A stretch of 64,000 bases of DNA from NCBI RefSeq assembly GCF_009914755.1, contig NC_060930.1. The stretch is one strand, 5' to 3'. Origin of the DNA: the human T2T-CHM13v2.0 reference genome, Homo sapiens. The position numbers were made by a program, and so were the translations under genes. The notes under the pieces were generated by a model. It worked only from the letters and a program-made list of their open reading frames with translations, was not told where the DNA came from and did no database searches. How positions within the stretch are numbered: the stretch's first letter is position 1; every line of letters starts with the position of its first letter. Positions 19,152 through 39,401 of the stretch are shown here, piece by piece.

Positions 19152-20289
19152 TCACGGGCTCTTGGTTAGTGACCTCTGCTCCTGGCAGTGTGAGCCTTTC
19201 CATAAAGATACTTTCAACATGATAGCCAGCTTCCCTCAGAGAGCGGGCAGCACTGACGTCATCGTCTTCTGTAACCTAACCTTAGAAAGGACAACCCATC
19301 GCTTTTGCTATGTTCTCTTTGCTAGAAGAGGATCACTGGGTCCTGCCCACATCTAAGAAGAGGTGATGAATGTGAATATCAGTTCGCAGAGATCTCTGGG
19401 AACCATGTTAGAGCTGGCTACCACATCAAGGAAGCAACTGCATAAACAAAGCCAGGGTTTAGGGGAGAAGTCCAGGCTGAAGATGTATATGGGGCTTATT
19501 AGTGATGGGTCTGGACCAGGTGAGCTGGGAGTGAGTGAGACAGAGAACAAGACCAAGGACTGTGCCAAGGGCACTCCGGTGTTTGGAGGTCAGGAAGATG
19601 AGGAGAGGCCAGCAAAGGAGACTGAGGAGAAGGGGCCAGTGCGGCAGGGGAGGGATGGAGACGGAGGCAGAGGGGCTACCAGAGAAACCTGTTGGCAGGA
19701 GAGAGGGATCAGCAGTCAAAAGCCACTGCAGGACAGGTCAGCAAAGGTGGAGAACTGACCACCGGCTTGAGCAGTGTGGAGATCACCTTGACAAGAGCAG
19801 TCCCAGTGGGGCGGTGGGGGTGAAACCTAACTGGATGGGTTCTAGAAAGAACAGGAGACCAGGAAGTAAAGGCAGAAGCAACCATGCTTTTGAGGAGTCT
19901 TGTATAGAGGATAGCACAACCTTGCGTTTGAGTGTCTTAAACTTTCTCAACTAAAGTAACTCTCAGCTGAGGTGATTCCTGGAACTCTGCTTCTCCCTAC
20001 ACTTCTTCAACACACAGGTCTCCAGTTCCCCAATGTTGCCCAGGTCTACCTCCCACCGTAGCGACCTCAACCGGGATGGGGAATCAGAACCCAGAAGTTG
20101 GCCCATGTTTTATATTTTGTGTTTTGGTACTAGCAAGTCACAATCAGACAAGGCATGCCTTGTGAGACTGGGGCAGAGACACACACATTAGCTCCCAGTC
20201 ATCAGCTGGAAGCTCCATAAATCCTGAACAGCCACCCTTGGAGGATCTGGTTTAGGGGCCAACAGCTCTAAGCAAAAGCTTATTACTGA

Positions 20290-20303
20290 CTGCCATCTTG
20301 TGG
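20290..20303 (-). promoter_or_regulatory. Candidate CTCF site
   Basis: CCACAAGATGGCAG against consensus CCASYAGRKGGCRS (1 mismatch), in unique sequence. Motif match only. Confidence 0.4.
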
Positions 20304-20789
20304 TCATTTGGGGAACTGGCCTAGGTTTAAATCCGTGGTGGAAAGAGTTGAGTGAATTGTAGGATAGTACCTGGCACTGAGTGTTCAGTAAAAGCCAGCG
20401 ACTGTCATTACTATGCTCATGGTTTGGAAGAGTATGGCCAAAACAAACAAACAAACATGTCTCTTGACTTCACTCCCAACATTTTTCAAGGGAAAAGGAA
20501 CTACCCTAAAAGGAGGTGTTCCTTTTTGTCTTGGTAAAAGTAAGAATGAATCAGGGAGCCGACTTTCGTGTATGAAGTCAGATGATGAGATGCAAGTCCT
20601 GCTTTTGCTACCATGTGACCTTGATCTCATCACTGAAGCCCAGTGAGTCTCAGTTTCGTCAAACCATAAAACAGGAGCATCAGGATGAAGACTGCACAAC
20701 TGGTGAATGTGAAGAGTTCTCAGGAAAAGCGGCACTCCTAGTTCAAGGCAGGGGCCTGCCGGCTCTCAACACAGAGCTTGTTGCTTTAC

Positions 20790-21033
<244 letters not shown>

Positions 21034-21192
21034 TGAGTATCTGGGACCACAGGCACCCGCTACCATGCCTGGCAATTTTTTTGTATTTTTAGTAGAGACG
21101 GGGTTTCACTGTGTTAGCCAGGATGGTCTCGATCTCCTGACCTCTTGATCTGCCTGCCTCGGCCTCCCAAAGTGCTGGGATTACAGCCGTGA

Positions 21193-21537
<345 letters not shown>

Positions 21538-21559
21538 TAGTCTTGAGCCAGCCATACAT

Positions 21560-21722
21560 AGTTATTGAAATGGAAATTAGCTAAAAAAGAATAAAATTTA
21601 AAATTTGATTACTGGGTTGTAATAGCCACATTTCCAAGTGCTCAGTCGCCACACATGGCTAGTAGCCAGCACAGATAGAGGACATTTCCATCAGCACAGG
21701 AAGTTCTACTGGACAACACTCC
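21560..21722. mobile_element. MER3-like hAT element
   Basis: tagccacatttccaagtgctcagtcgccacacatggctagtagc...acatttccatcagcacaggaagttctactggacaac. Confidence 0.7.
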
Positions 21723-22111
21723 TCCAAAGGACTCAGCAGAACCGGCATCTGTGGGCCAACCCATAAAGGAAGAACTAGAAACTAAGGAAGTGCAGAGGAG
21801 AGGGGACAGTGAGAGGCAAAAACAGACACCAGTGAGATGGTTAAGTAAGCACAAGGCCACATATCATTAACTGCTAAAACAAGTCACACAACACATCTGT
21901 AAAATAATTGATCCGCACAACCTGCCCTCTCCCGAGAATCATTCCTCAGTGCGTAAAACTCAAAAGCCCTGACAAACCAAGCAGCATCAACAGAAGACAG
22001 GCAGGGTAGGGAGGGTTCCATTGTTGAGGAACACCATTCCCTCCCACCTTTCCTGGCATCTGGCATGGTTCAGTTTAACTTCCGGTACAACATTCCCAGA
22101 CGGACAGGTAG

Positions 22112-22651
<540 letters not shown>

Positions 22652-23795
22652 CTGCAGGAAGAAAATCATACAGACACGTGACAAGATGGCAGAGGTAGCC
22701 TTAGACAAATCCCCCAAGTCACTAGATATAAATCAGAGAGCTAAGAGCAATGATGGTGTGTGGACAGGCAATAGGCTGGAAGTTAAGGGACATGGGGTCT
22801 GGCCCGTGCTCTGGCCTAACTTGCTAGATGTGACCACATCATTGAGAAATGAATGTATCACTGGCCTGGGACTTCCTAAGTAGCTTCCAATTCTGCTGTT
22901 CCAGCTTCAGCTTTGCTTTAAAGTGGCAAAAAGAGTGCTCCTGTTGATGTAGGTTTGTGGGAATTCAGAGGTTCCTGTATTGAGGATAACGATGGTATGA
23001 ACGAAGCTCCCATCTGGGGAGTTTGCTTCTCTGAAGTCAGAAAACTCTCATGGCTCCTCAAGGGCTTGGAATCATCCCTGACATCCTCTGCCCCCACTAC
23101 TCTTTCCTTCCAAGTCCTTAGAAATTTCCCTGATTTGCTCCCTGGGCATGGCCCAGCCTTGTCCCAAGTCACAGGGTTTGGCCAGCAGGAATGGAATGGG
23201 TAAAGGTTTATGGATCCAGGCAAGACTCTGCCCAGGGCCAAGATGCCTTAACAATAAGCCACCATTGTGCAGGTGAAGGCCCAGCAGGCAGACCTCCAGC
23301 TGCAACCTAGGTTACACCTGAGCTCTAGAGGTCAACTCATGGCAGGGAGCAGGAACCTGGTGCCCGAGCCGACCCTGCTGAGGGCATGTTGATAATGGGG
23401 GACCTAAGGCTGGAGTAGGCTGGGCCTACAGCGCAAACGTTCCTCCACAACCTGAATCTTCTTCTTACTGGCTCCCAATTCAGAGGACTCCTGAGCAAAC
23501 CTCTCTCCTCATCATTCACTACACTGGCGAGCTACCTCTGTTGTGGGGCAAAGGAAGGGGCACAGTCACACATTAGGAGAACACAGGGCTGTCCTCAGGC
23601 TGACGAATGTCCAATGGGGGACAACTTGTTGGAAGCCTGACCTGGCCTCTCTCTGAGATGACCAGAATGGGTCCTGTCCAGCCAGGCAGAGCACAGACAG
23701 GCTGCCACTAGCCTCCCTCCAGCCCTCTCCTCTTCACTCACTGGATCAACTCCAAATACAGTAAAATATACAGAATGTAAAATTCACCACTTTAG

Positions 23796-24368
<573 letters not shown>

Positions 24369-24617
24369 TAGCATAATGTTTTCCAGATTCATCCCAAATA
24401 TTCTTATACTTTATTCTCCACCATCCTCCCAACCCTGTGTGACTCCAGATACACAAAACTCTCAGTGCACCCTAGAACCTGGAGGGCCCAGGAGGGAGGC
24501 AGTGTGTTGTCTAGTGGGTAGCTGCACTGATGCTTCCCCGTCTGCACCAACGAAACCTCACCTCTGCTCGGTTCACAGCGCAGCTTCCAGAGCAGCCACT
24601 ACCCATGGGGTACTCAC

Positions 24618-26290
<1,673 letters not shown>

Positions 26291-26305
26291 TTGCCAAATG
26301 GTGAG

Positions 26306-26647
26306 TGCTGTGGTTTGACTGTCCCCTTCAAAATTCATGTTGAAACTTAATCCCTAATGCAACAGCATTAAAAGATGGGGCCTTTAGGAGGTGATTGAAT
26401 CATAGGGGCAGAGCCCTCATGAATGGAATAAGTGACCTTATAAAGGGACAGGAGGGAACTAGCTAGTTTCTTTTGCCTCTCCATCCCTTCTGCCATGTAA
26501 GGACAGTGTTTGCACCATCTTAGAAGCAAAGAGAGCAGGCCCTTACCAGACACCAAACCTACTGGCACCTTGATATTGAACTTCTAGCCTCCAAAAGTGT
26601 GAGAAAATAAATCTCAGCTCTTTATAAATTACTCAGTTATTATAGCA

Positions 26648-26650
<3 letters not shown>
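26306..26650 (+). mobile_element. MaLR LTR (MST/MLT1A-like)
   Basis: tgctgtggtttgactgtccccttcaaaattcatgttgaaacttaatccc...agagccctcatgaatgg...ttatagcagca. Confidence 0.8.
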
Positions 26651-26943
<293 letters not shown>

Positions 26944-27801
26944 TCAGACAGTCTCTGGACCTGAATGCAAAGTGATGTCTGTTTATTTGTGATAGTATGT
27001 AATCATATACTGTCTTATATGATTGGCTAATTGATTCATAAACAATAATTTACTTTCTTCCACTAAACTACAAAATTCTCATAGTCATTCATATCTTACA
27101 CATTTTTGTATACAGTATATACACAATGTTCAGTACAGTGTTCACACTACAGAGTACAGCACAGCAACAGATACAGAAGTATGTTTAACATATATCTTTG
27201 ATTAAGGAAGTGCCTTTCACACTCCTTGACAAATTTGGAAAGGGTGGGGAAATTCGAGACATAAATTGAAGGATGAATTTTCTCTATTTTTATTCTTTTT
27301 CTTATCTGGAATAAAACAGAAGACACAGTGGGGAAATCATAGCACAAACCCACCCCAGGGCCAACAGTATCCTTTGTGCTGCAAAAATCTGGTATAAATA
27401 CAGATTTGCTTATCCCAGGGTTAAATTAAAGAGTTGTGGGTTGAAGGCTAATGAAGATGCCAAGAAAAAAGGATTGCCCTACTGCAATTCAGCTTCATCT
27501 TATTCCATTCATTTTGACCAATCAGGTGGTAGAAAGGTGAGTTCACAGAAGTTTTGATAAATCACAATATCCTTTAACTAAATACCCTCAATGAGCAGGA
27601 TGTTCCGGTTGTGATTATAATCACATTTTCTCTTCATGTTCTCCTGAAAGAGTGGCAGTAGGGTCTCTACTTGCAGAACTGCTAAGCAAAAGTGGGGGGA
27701 AAAAAGGAAATAGAACTACCCTGGGAATCTGAGAGACCTACCTCTTATGGGAAAGAAAAGGGCCAACATGATTGCTTATAGTGGTGGATAAAGCTGCTAA
27801 C

Positions 27802-28864
<1,063 letters not shown>

Positions 28865-28896
28865 TCAAGTTGGTGGCAATGACCAGATAAAATTAC

Positions 28897-29055
28897 AGTA
28901 GTGGTTCTCAACCCTGGATCCACCTTAGAATCACCAAAAGTACCCAAGTCCAGGCCCCACCACAGACCAATCACAACATTCTCTGGTTGGGATCCAGGCA
29001 CCAGTAATTTTCAAAACTTCCTAGTAATTTTCGTATGTAGCCAGTGTTGGAAAAA
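28897..29055. mobile_element. MER5-like hAT element
   Basis: gtggttctcaaccctgg...ttagaatcacc...caggccccacc...tagccagtgttg. Confidence 0.7.
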
Positions 29056-29091
29056 GCTGAGTTAGAAAAAGATGGCTTAAATTATGCTCTT

Positions 29092-29377
29092 AGCTGGGCA
29101 CAGTGGCTCATGCCTGTAATCCCAGTACTTTGGGAGGCTGAGGTGTGAGGATTGCTTGAGTCCAGCAGTTCAAGACCAGCCTGGACAACATGGTGAAACC
29201 CCATCTCTACAAAAATTAGTCAGGTGTGGTGGTGCATGCCTGTAGTTTTAGCTACTTAGGAGGCTGAAGTAGGAGGATCACTTGAGCCCAGGAAGTCAAG
29301 GCTGCAGTGAGCTGAGATCATGCCACTGCACTCCATCCTGGGTGACAGAGCAAGACCCTATATCCAAAAAAAAAAAA
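29092..29377 (+). mobile_element. AluJ-like element
   Basis: Full dimer with A tail; flanking direct repeat aaattatgct(c/g)tta. Confidence 0.9.
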
Positions 29378-30793
29378 TTATGCTGTTAACTCTCCCAGCA
29401 TTGCCTTGGGCTTCCATTGCTGCCCAGATGGTGAAAATTGCCTGTACTTGTTCAGACCTGAGTACAGATGTTTCAGGATATAACCAGGGCAGCACAAGAA
29501 CCCTGTTGGGTGGAGATGATAAAAACAGGTGGACACCAACTGGCTTTGGGCAATCGCTTCTCTACTACATATCAAAATATGGATTACAGTGAAAGATGCA
29601 TACTTTAAAGGAAATTTAGAGCCCTAGGATAGACTAGCCTTATAATAGAAAAGAAAATGTAACAATGAGCTAAGTATTCAACTCAAGAAGTTAGAGGGAA
29701 AATAAGAACTATACAAAAGTAGGAGGAAGAAAATAAATAGAAGCGCGTAAGTCAATGAAACAGGAAATAAAGTAGAGGGATTTCTGACTGGTTAGGTTAT
29801 TTGGGCTGACATGTTGCCAAAAAGCAACTTAAAATGCTGGATAAAATAGTTTAAAAATATAAAGTATAGAAGTGCTCCCCAAGTGGAAGGAAGTAAATTT
29901 TGCTCTGAAGTTATTTGCCAATCTAGGCACACTTGATTTCATTATGACAGCAATGCAGGGTAAAGAACAAAATCAAAGCTCTGGGTCCACCAAGGTGAGG
30001 AGTCTTTCCTATATTAGTTGTGAGCATCCCCAAAGGCCTACGATTAGGGGAAAGGTGAATCAGAAGTAAACCTCCCCTACATCTTTCTGCCAGGAAACTC
30101 CAAGAAAAGTTGGCTTGTTAACTACACTGAGCAGGTGGGGAGAAAACTCTCCTTGAGACATTGTAATCATAGCTGGCCTTTTTTTTTTTGTAGATTTATA
30201 GCCCATATTACATGAAGTATTTTTTTTAACTTTAAGTTATAAATCTTGTTTAAAGTCGTCCTAAACTGAAAGTGTGTCTAAGTGTCTGGCAGAAGCAAAT
30301 TCAAATCCTCTCTGGAGGATTGTACTTTTATGCTGGTCTTCATCCTCTAAGAATCTTCATCAGTAATTTTTCAGGGACAATGACAAGTACATAGTGAAAA
30401 ATAACCAAGCACATAAGGAACAAGGCACTGTGAGAACAAGCTGAAACAACAGATAGCAATGGAACTGCAGTAATATCTGATCATCAAACAACTATGATTA
30501 CTATATTTTTGCATTATTTAAAATTTTTGTTTTACTTTTATTATAGTATAATTCATGCATATATAATACACAGATATATATAATATATATACAAGATAAA
30601 ATTTTACATCTTAACCATTTTTAAGTAGACAGTTTAGTAGTGTTAAGTATATTCATTTTGTTGTACAAACAATCTCTAGAACTTTTTCATCTTGCAAAAC
30701 TGAAACTGTACACCCATTAAGCAACGAATTCCCATTTCCCCCTGCCCCAGCTCCTGGAAACTATCATTCTACTTTCTGTTTCTATTAATTTGA

Positions 30794-31126
<333 letters not shown>

Positions 31127-31293
31127 TAGAATCTTATAGCATTTGTGACTGGCTTATTTCTGTTAACATAATGTCCTCAAGGTTCATCTATGTTATAGAA
31201 TGTGTCAGAATTTTCTTTGATTACTGCATTAAAATAAATAAAAGATAAACTGAAAATATATGAAGAAACAGGAAACCATAGAAAATGACCTAG

Positions 31294-32553
31294 TGTTACA
31301 GGATCTCTGGGGTGTCAATTTTCTGGCCAGAAACCTCTGTGGCCAGCGGCACCTTTGCCTGAGTTCTTGTTCTGTGTCCAAGATGAATGAGGTACACAGA
31401 CAAGTGAAGGGTAAACAAGATGAAGATGAGCTTTAAGTGTTAGATCAGCTAAAAGGAGACTCGCAGTGGGTAGCTCCGCTCTGTAGGCAAGTCATGCTAA
31501 TATCTGCTGTTCTCAGCAGGGAGAAGGCCCTGGAGAGGGTTGCTCCTCTATGCAGCTGATAGTCCTGACGTCTCTGCAGGTCTCTGAGGCTCTCAGAAGA
31601 GAGGGTAGTTCCTCTCTGTAGCTGGTCCTCCCATTGTCTCCTGCTATCAGCAGAGAGGATAGCTCCTCTCTGCAGCTGGTCGTCCTATCATCTCTCTGCT
31701 CTCTTCGTCCTCTAGCCATCCTCTGCCCTGCTCTGGCTAAGCCCAGGTCTTTTATGGACCTCAGAAGGGAGGAAGTGCACGCAGATTGGTACATCGGGGG
31801 CCATGGGCAGGCTGGAAGAGGCACCACTTAGGTCTGCAGGACTGGCGGCCTGGCCCCAGCCTTCAGGCTCTCCCTGGCCTGAGGGTGGGGCCTTACTGAG
31901 GACCCGCCCCCTTCCACCCGGGAATCGATACGCCTCCCGCTGCCATCCATGGCCCCCCCAGGGCTCGACCCCAACCCGGCTCCGAGATTTGAACTGGTGC
32001 CGGGATTGGAGAGAGGCCAGGCAGCGGGAGCAGACATCCGGGAGCCTGCAGGGACGGCAGGAAGCCGGGGAAGGGGGCCTCCTGGGGTCCCCGAGGGTGC
32101 AGGCTGCAGAGACGCCCGGGTCCTGCACCTAGGAGGTCCCGCCCCGCTAACTCGAAAGGGGCGGGTCTCCTACTTGTCCCTGGCTCCTGCCTGCTCAGTG
32201 AAGTGGGAGGCCCAGGTCTGCAGCCGTGGGTCCTGGCAGCTGCAGCTGCACCTGGGAGGGCAGATCCTGCCTATTCCCGGCCCTCCTCCAAGAGCACAGG
32301 GAGGCTTCGATGCACAGCCACAGTTTGGGCAGCTGCAGCCCGCCCAAGAGGGCGGGACTTCTGCCTGCTCCGTAGAGCCGGAGGTGGGGTCTACGGCTTT
32401 GGTTTGGGCGGCTGCAGTAGCACCCGGTGAGTTCCCGACTTAACTCAGAAGGGGCCGGGCTTCCACCGGCTCCATGGAGTGTGTAACCCTAGCCGCGCCT
32501 CCCTGCTGCAGCTGGAGTGACAGCCGGAGTGATGGTAGCAGCCACTGCCATTA
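31294..32553 (-). mobile_element. MER52-family ERV1 solo LTR, GC/CpG-rich, sense to TMEM217
   Basis: Minus strand begins taatggcagtggctgc and ends ccagagatcctgtaaca; 4-bp TSD ctag at 31290-31293 and 32554-32557; interrupts an old L1 ORF1 remnant. Confidence 0.85.
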
Positions 32554-33378
<825 letters not shown>

Positions 33379-33470
33379 TGATCTGCCACCTTGGCCTCCC
33401 AAAGTGCTGGGATTACAGGCGTGAGCCACTGCACCTAGCCCATTTTTCTTATTTATATATTTATTTATAG

Positions 33471-33890
<420 letters not shown>

Positions 33891-34043
33891 TAGCTGGGAC
33901 CACAGGTGCATACTACCACATGCAGCTCATTAAAAAAGAAATTTTTTTTAGCTGGGTGCAGTGGCTCATGCCTGTAATCCCAGCACTTTGGGAGGCTGAG
34001 GTGGGCGGATCATGAGGTCAGGAGATCGAGACCATCCTGGCTA

Positions 34044-34262
<219 letters not shown>

Positions 34263-34688
34263 TTATTTTTGGAGAGACAGCATCTCGCCATGTTACCCAG
34301 GCTGGTCTCAAACTCCTGGCCTCAAGTGACCCTCCCACCTCAGCCTTCTGAGCAGCTGGGATTACAGGAGTGAGCCACTGTAAATATTTTTCTAAAATAT
34401 TTTTCAAGATTGAGAGCACACAGTATGATGATAACCTTTTCATAAAAATCAAAACCAAGCAAAATTTAAGAATATATTTTTTGGCCATACATATATATGT
34501 GAATAAAACTTTATTATAAAAGTAAGGGAAGACCAGTCATGGTGGCTCATGCCTGTAATCCCAGCACTTTGGGAAGCTGAGGCAGGTGAATTGCTTGAGT
34601 ACAGGAGTTCGAAACCAACCTGCCCAACATGGCCCATCTCTATAAAAAAAAAAAACAAAACACCACCACCAAAACCAAAAATTACCTA

Positions 34689-34850
<162 letters not shown>

Positions 34851-35834
34851 TTACCAAAAGTAAGAGGATAATAGATACAATATTTGGGATTGTGGTTACT
34901 TCTGAAGTGCAAGGGGCAGGGATAGGGGCAGGGGCACATAGATAATTATGAGGCATTATTCTGTTTCTTGGGTTGAATGAGAGATTCACAAGTGTTCATC
35001 ATAGTTTAAAAAAAACAAGCTAGTAAATAAAAGAACAAAAGTGGGCCATGCATGTATTAATGATGACTGTTTTCTATGACCTAGGATTATGAATAATCCA
35101 ATTCTGTATACCTGAGTTCCCTAAGGAAAAAAATAAAAAGAGTGGAAAAAGACATGTAATCTAATCTCACACCTGTGGCATACTGTGGCGTAATTGGCCT
35201 TGCTGTGTTCATTGCCTCCCATCCAACTAAAACAGATAGCAAACGTCCTCTTTGTACTTCTTAAAAATCTCATTAAAATTTTGGGTTCCCATTGGTCTAT
35301 CCCTAGCAAAGACTGATAATTGTCTCCCAACATTCATTTCTCCCTTTTCACTTTTACCTTTAGCTAGACACATGGCCACCCAGCTAATGACTGCATTTCC
35401 CAGCTTCCCTTGCTGATTTGTGTGGCCCCATGACCAACGGGATGCAAATGCAAGTGATGGGTGCCACTTTACAGTCTTGCTCATAAAAGAATTAGGGGTG
35501 CTCTCACCTTCTCCCTTTCCCCCTTCCTGTTTTTTAGCCATGATTGGAACTGATCTATGACCTACCCTATCAGCCGTGGGTCATTGCTACTTGAGAGAGA
35601 AATAAACTCCTATCATAAATCAGCCATTGTCTTTTGGGGTTTCTTTGTTACAGTGGCTTAGCTTGTACCACATTATACTACCTAAACTTCTTTATTGACG
35701 AAGTGTAATGAGAACTAGTGATCTACTGGGATCTAGCACCTCCTTTGACTTTGCTCTTTTGAAGAATCCAGCAGATTCTTCCTGTCTACATGCTTATTTC
35801 ACTGAGTCTATGCTTATTTACCATCTCCTCATAA

Positions 35835-36110
<276 letters not shown>

Positions 36111-37059
36111 TGAGTAGAGACGGGGTTTCACCGTGTTAGCCAGGATGGTCTCGATCTCCTGACCTCGTGATCCGCCCGCCTCGGCCACCCAAAGTGCTGG
36201 GATTACAGGCGTGAGCCACTGCGCCCGGCCGAGACAGAGTCTTGCTCTGTTGCCCAGGCTGGAGTGCAGTGGCACGATCTCGCCTCCCAGGTTAAAGCGA
36301 TTCTCCTGCCTCAGCCTCCTGAGTAGCTGGGATTACAGGCGCGTGCAACCACACCCAGCTAATTTTTTTGTATTTTTAGTAGAGAGGGGTTTCACCATGT
36401 TGGTCAGGCTGCTCGAACTTCTGACCTCATGATCCATCTGCCTTGGCCTCCCAAAGTGCTGGGATTACAGGTGTGAGCCACGGCACCCAGCCCAAGATCA
36501 CCATTCTCTTACAATTAACTTGGTAACAACTCATGTATTGTCTTATGACATATTTTATTATATATTGTCTTAAATTGTTATTTAAATATTTTATACTTAT
36601 AACAATCATTTTCATAGCTACCAATAAGGTTATTGAGTGTTAGAGAAGCTAATTAATTTTGCCCAGGCCTGTATATCTGCACAGCAGCAAAATTAGGATT
36701 TGAACTCACAACTTTCTGCCTCCAAAACTGACTCACTTGTCTTCATACTCAACCTACTTGTATCTTGTGGGTTTCAGGGATTTTTGAATCCACTGAGCCC
36801 AGAGACTCCATCCATCCCCTAGTTTCTAAGGAAGGCCTCGACTAGAGTAAGGCCTTGATTAGAGTAGGCCTTTGGTCAGTGTTGGCAATTCTTCCTCCAT
36901 TATCTCTCATCTGAGTCATCTTCCTCACTAACTCTCAGGGCCATTATGTTCCTTTCTCCTTTCTTCTTTCTCTCTCTTTCTTAGTTCTTCTCCTTCCTTC
37001 CCATTCTTTTTCCCATCTATGCGGCAAAACTTCCAAGTGTGTACTCTTGATTGCTCTAA

Positions 37060-37307
<248 letters not shown>

Positions 37308-37960
37308 TGATCCACCCGCCTCAGCCTCCCAAAGTGCTGTGCTGGGATTACAGGTATGAGCCATTGCGCTCAGCCTAAATGTTTATTATTATCATTATCT
37401 TTATCATTATTACATCATCTCATCTGACTTACATGCTTACGTGAAGTAAATATTTTAATTTGCAAAATTAAAGCATAATTTAATATTTACTTTGTATATA
37501 TCTTGAGATATATATATAGGAAAAAGTTTTTAGGAAAAAAATGATCCAATACTGAGATTTAAAAAGTCACAAATAGGAACACAGAAAAAAAAGTTAATGT
37601 TTCCATGTTACGGAAAGTTTCACATTTGCTCTATCAAGTGAGATAAAGAGACTTCTAAAGCAAGAGTCTCAAACTCTAAGGACTTCCAGAGCTAGGCAAG
37701 TCAAATAAATGGGTGAGGTTGAGGGGTATGAAGATACTAGGGCTGAGTGTGGTGGCTTGCACCTATAGTCCCAACTACTTGAGAGGCTAAGGCAGGAGCA
37801 TCACTTGAGCCCAGGAATTTGAGGCCAGCCTGGGCAACATAGCAAGACTCCATTTCAAAAAAGAAAAAAAAGAAAGAAAAAGTTACTAGGGAGTAGTAGA
37901 GATTGTAGCAATTAGGACAGTGTCCACCTGCCTGAAAGTATTTGAATTCAAATTTCCTTA

Positions 37961-38402
<442 letters not shown>

Positions 38403-38517
38403 TCACAAGGTCAGGAGATCGAGACCATCCTGACTAACACGGTGAAACCCCGTCTCTACTAAAAACACAAAAAATTAGCTGGGCGTGGTGGCGGGTGCCT
38501 GTAGTCCCAGCTACTCA

Positions 38518-38673
<156 letters not shown>

Positions 38674-38821
38674 TTAATAAAAGCTTACTTTGTGCCAGGC
38701 ACTGTATTAGAGTTTCATAACAATCTTGAGGATAGCTGTAATTGTGTGTATTTATTTCCTCGTTGATAGTTTCAAGAGGGAGGTGTATTTGTATTATTTA
38801 TGCATTCAGGCACCCAGATAA

Positions 38822-39179
<358 letters not shown>

Positions 39180-39401
39180 TAGCCAGGATGGTCTCGATCT
39201 CCTGACCTCGTGATCCACCCGCCTCCGCCTCCCAAAGTGCTGGGATTACAGGCGTGAGCCACCGCGCCGGCCAATGTGCAACTTTCAGTTTTACTAGTAA
39301 CTTCGTTAGATTCATTTTATTATTTGGCTCATTCTAAGTTACAGCCATCTATAGATTTAATTTCTAGTACTTCTCCTTAATGTGCTGACTCTGCAGTTGG
39401 T

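Noticed and set aside
21840-22111. Poly(A) signal for the TMEM217B exon
   Set aside because: No AATAAA/ATTAAA found on the minus strand here; only a GU-rich stretch near 21875-21900, insufficient to call a site.
31513-32443. Cluster of overlapping ORFs in GC-rich DNA
   Set aside because: Stop-poor MER52 LTR sequence.
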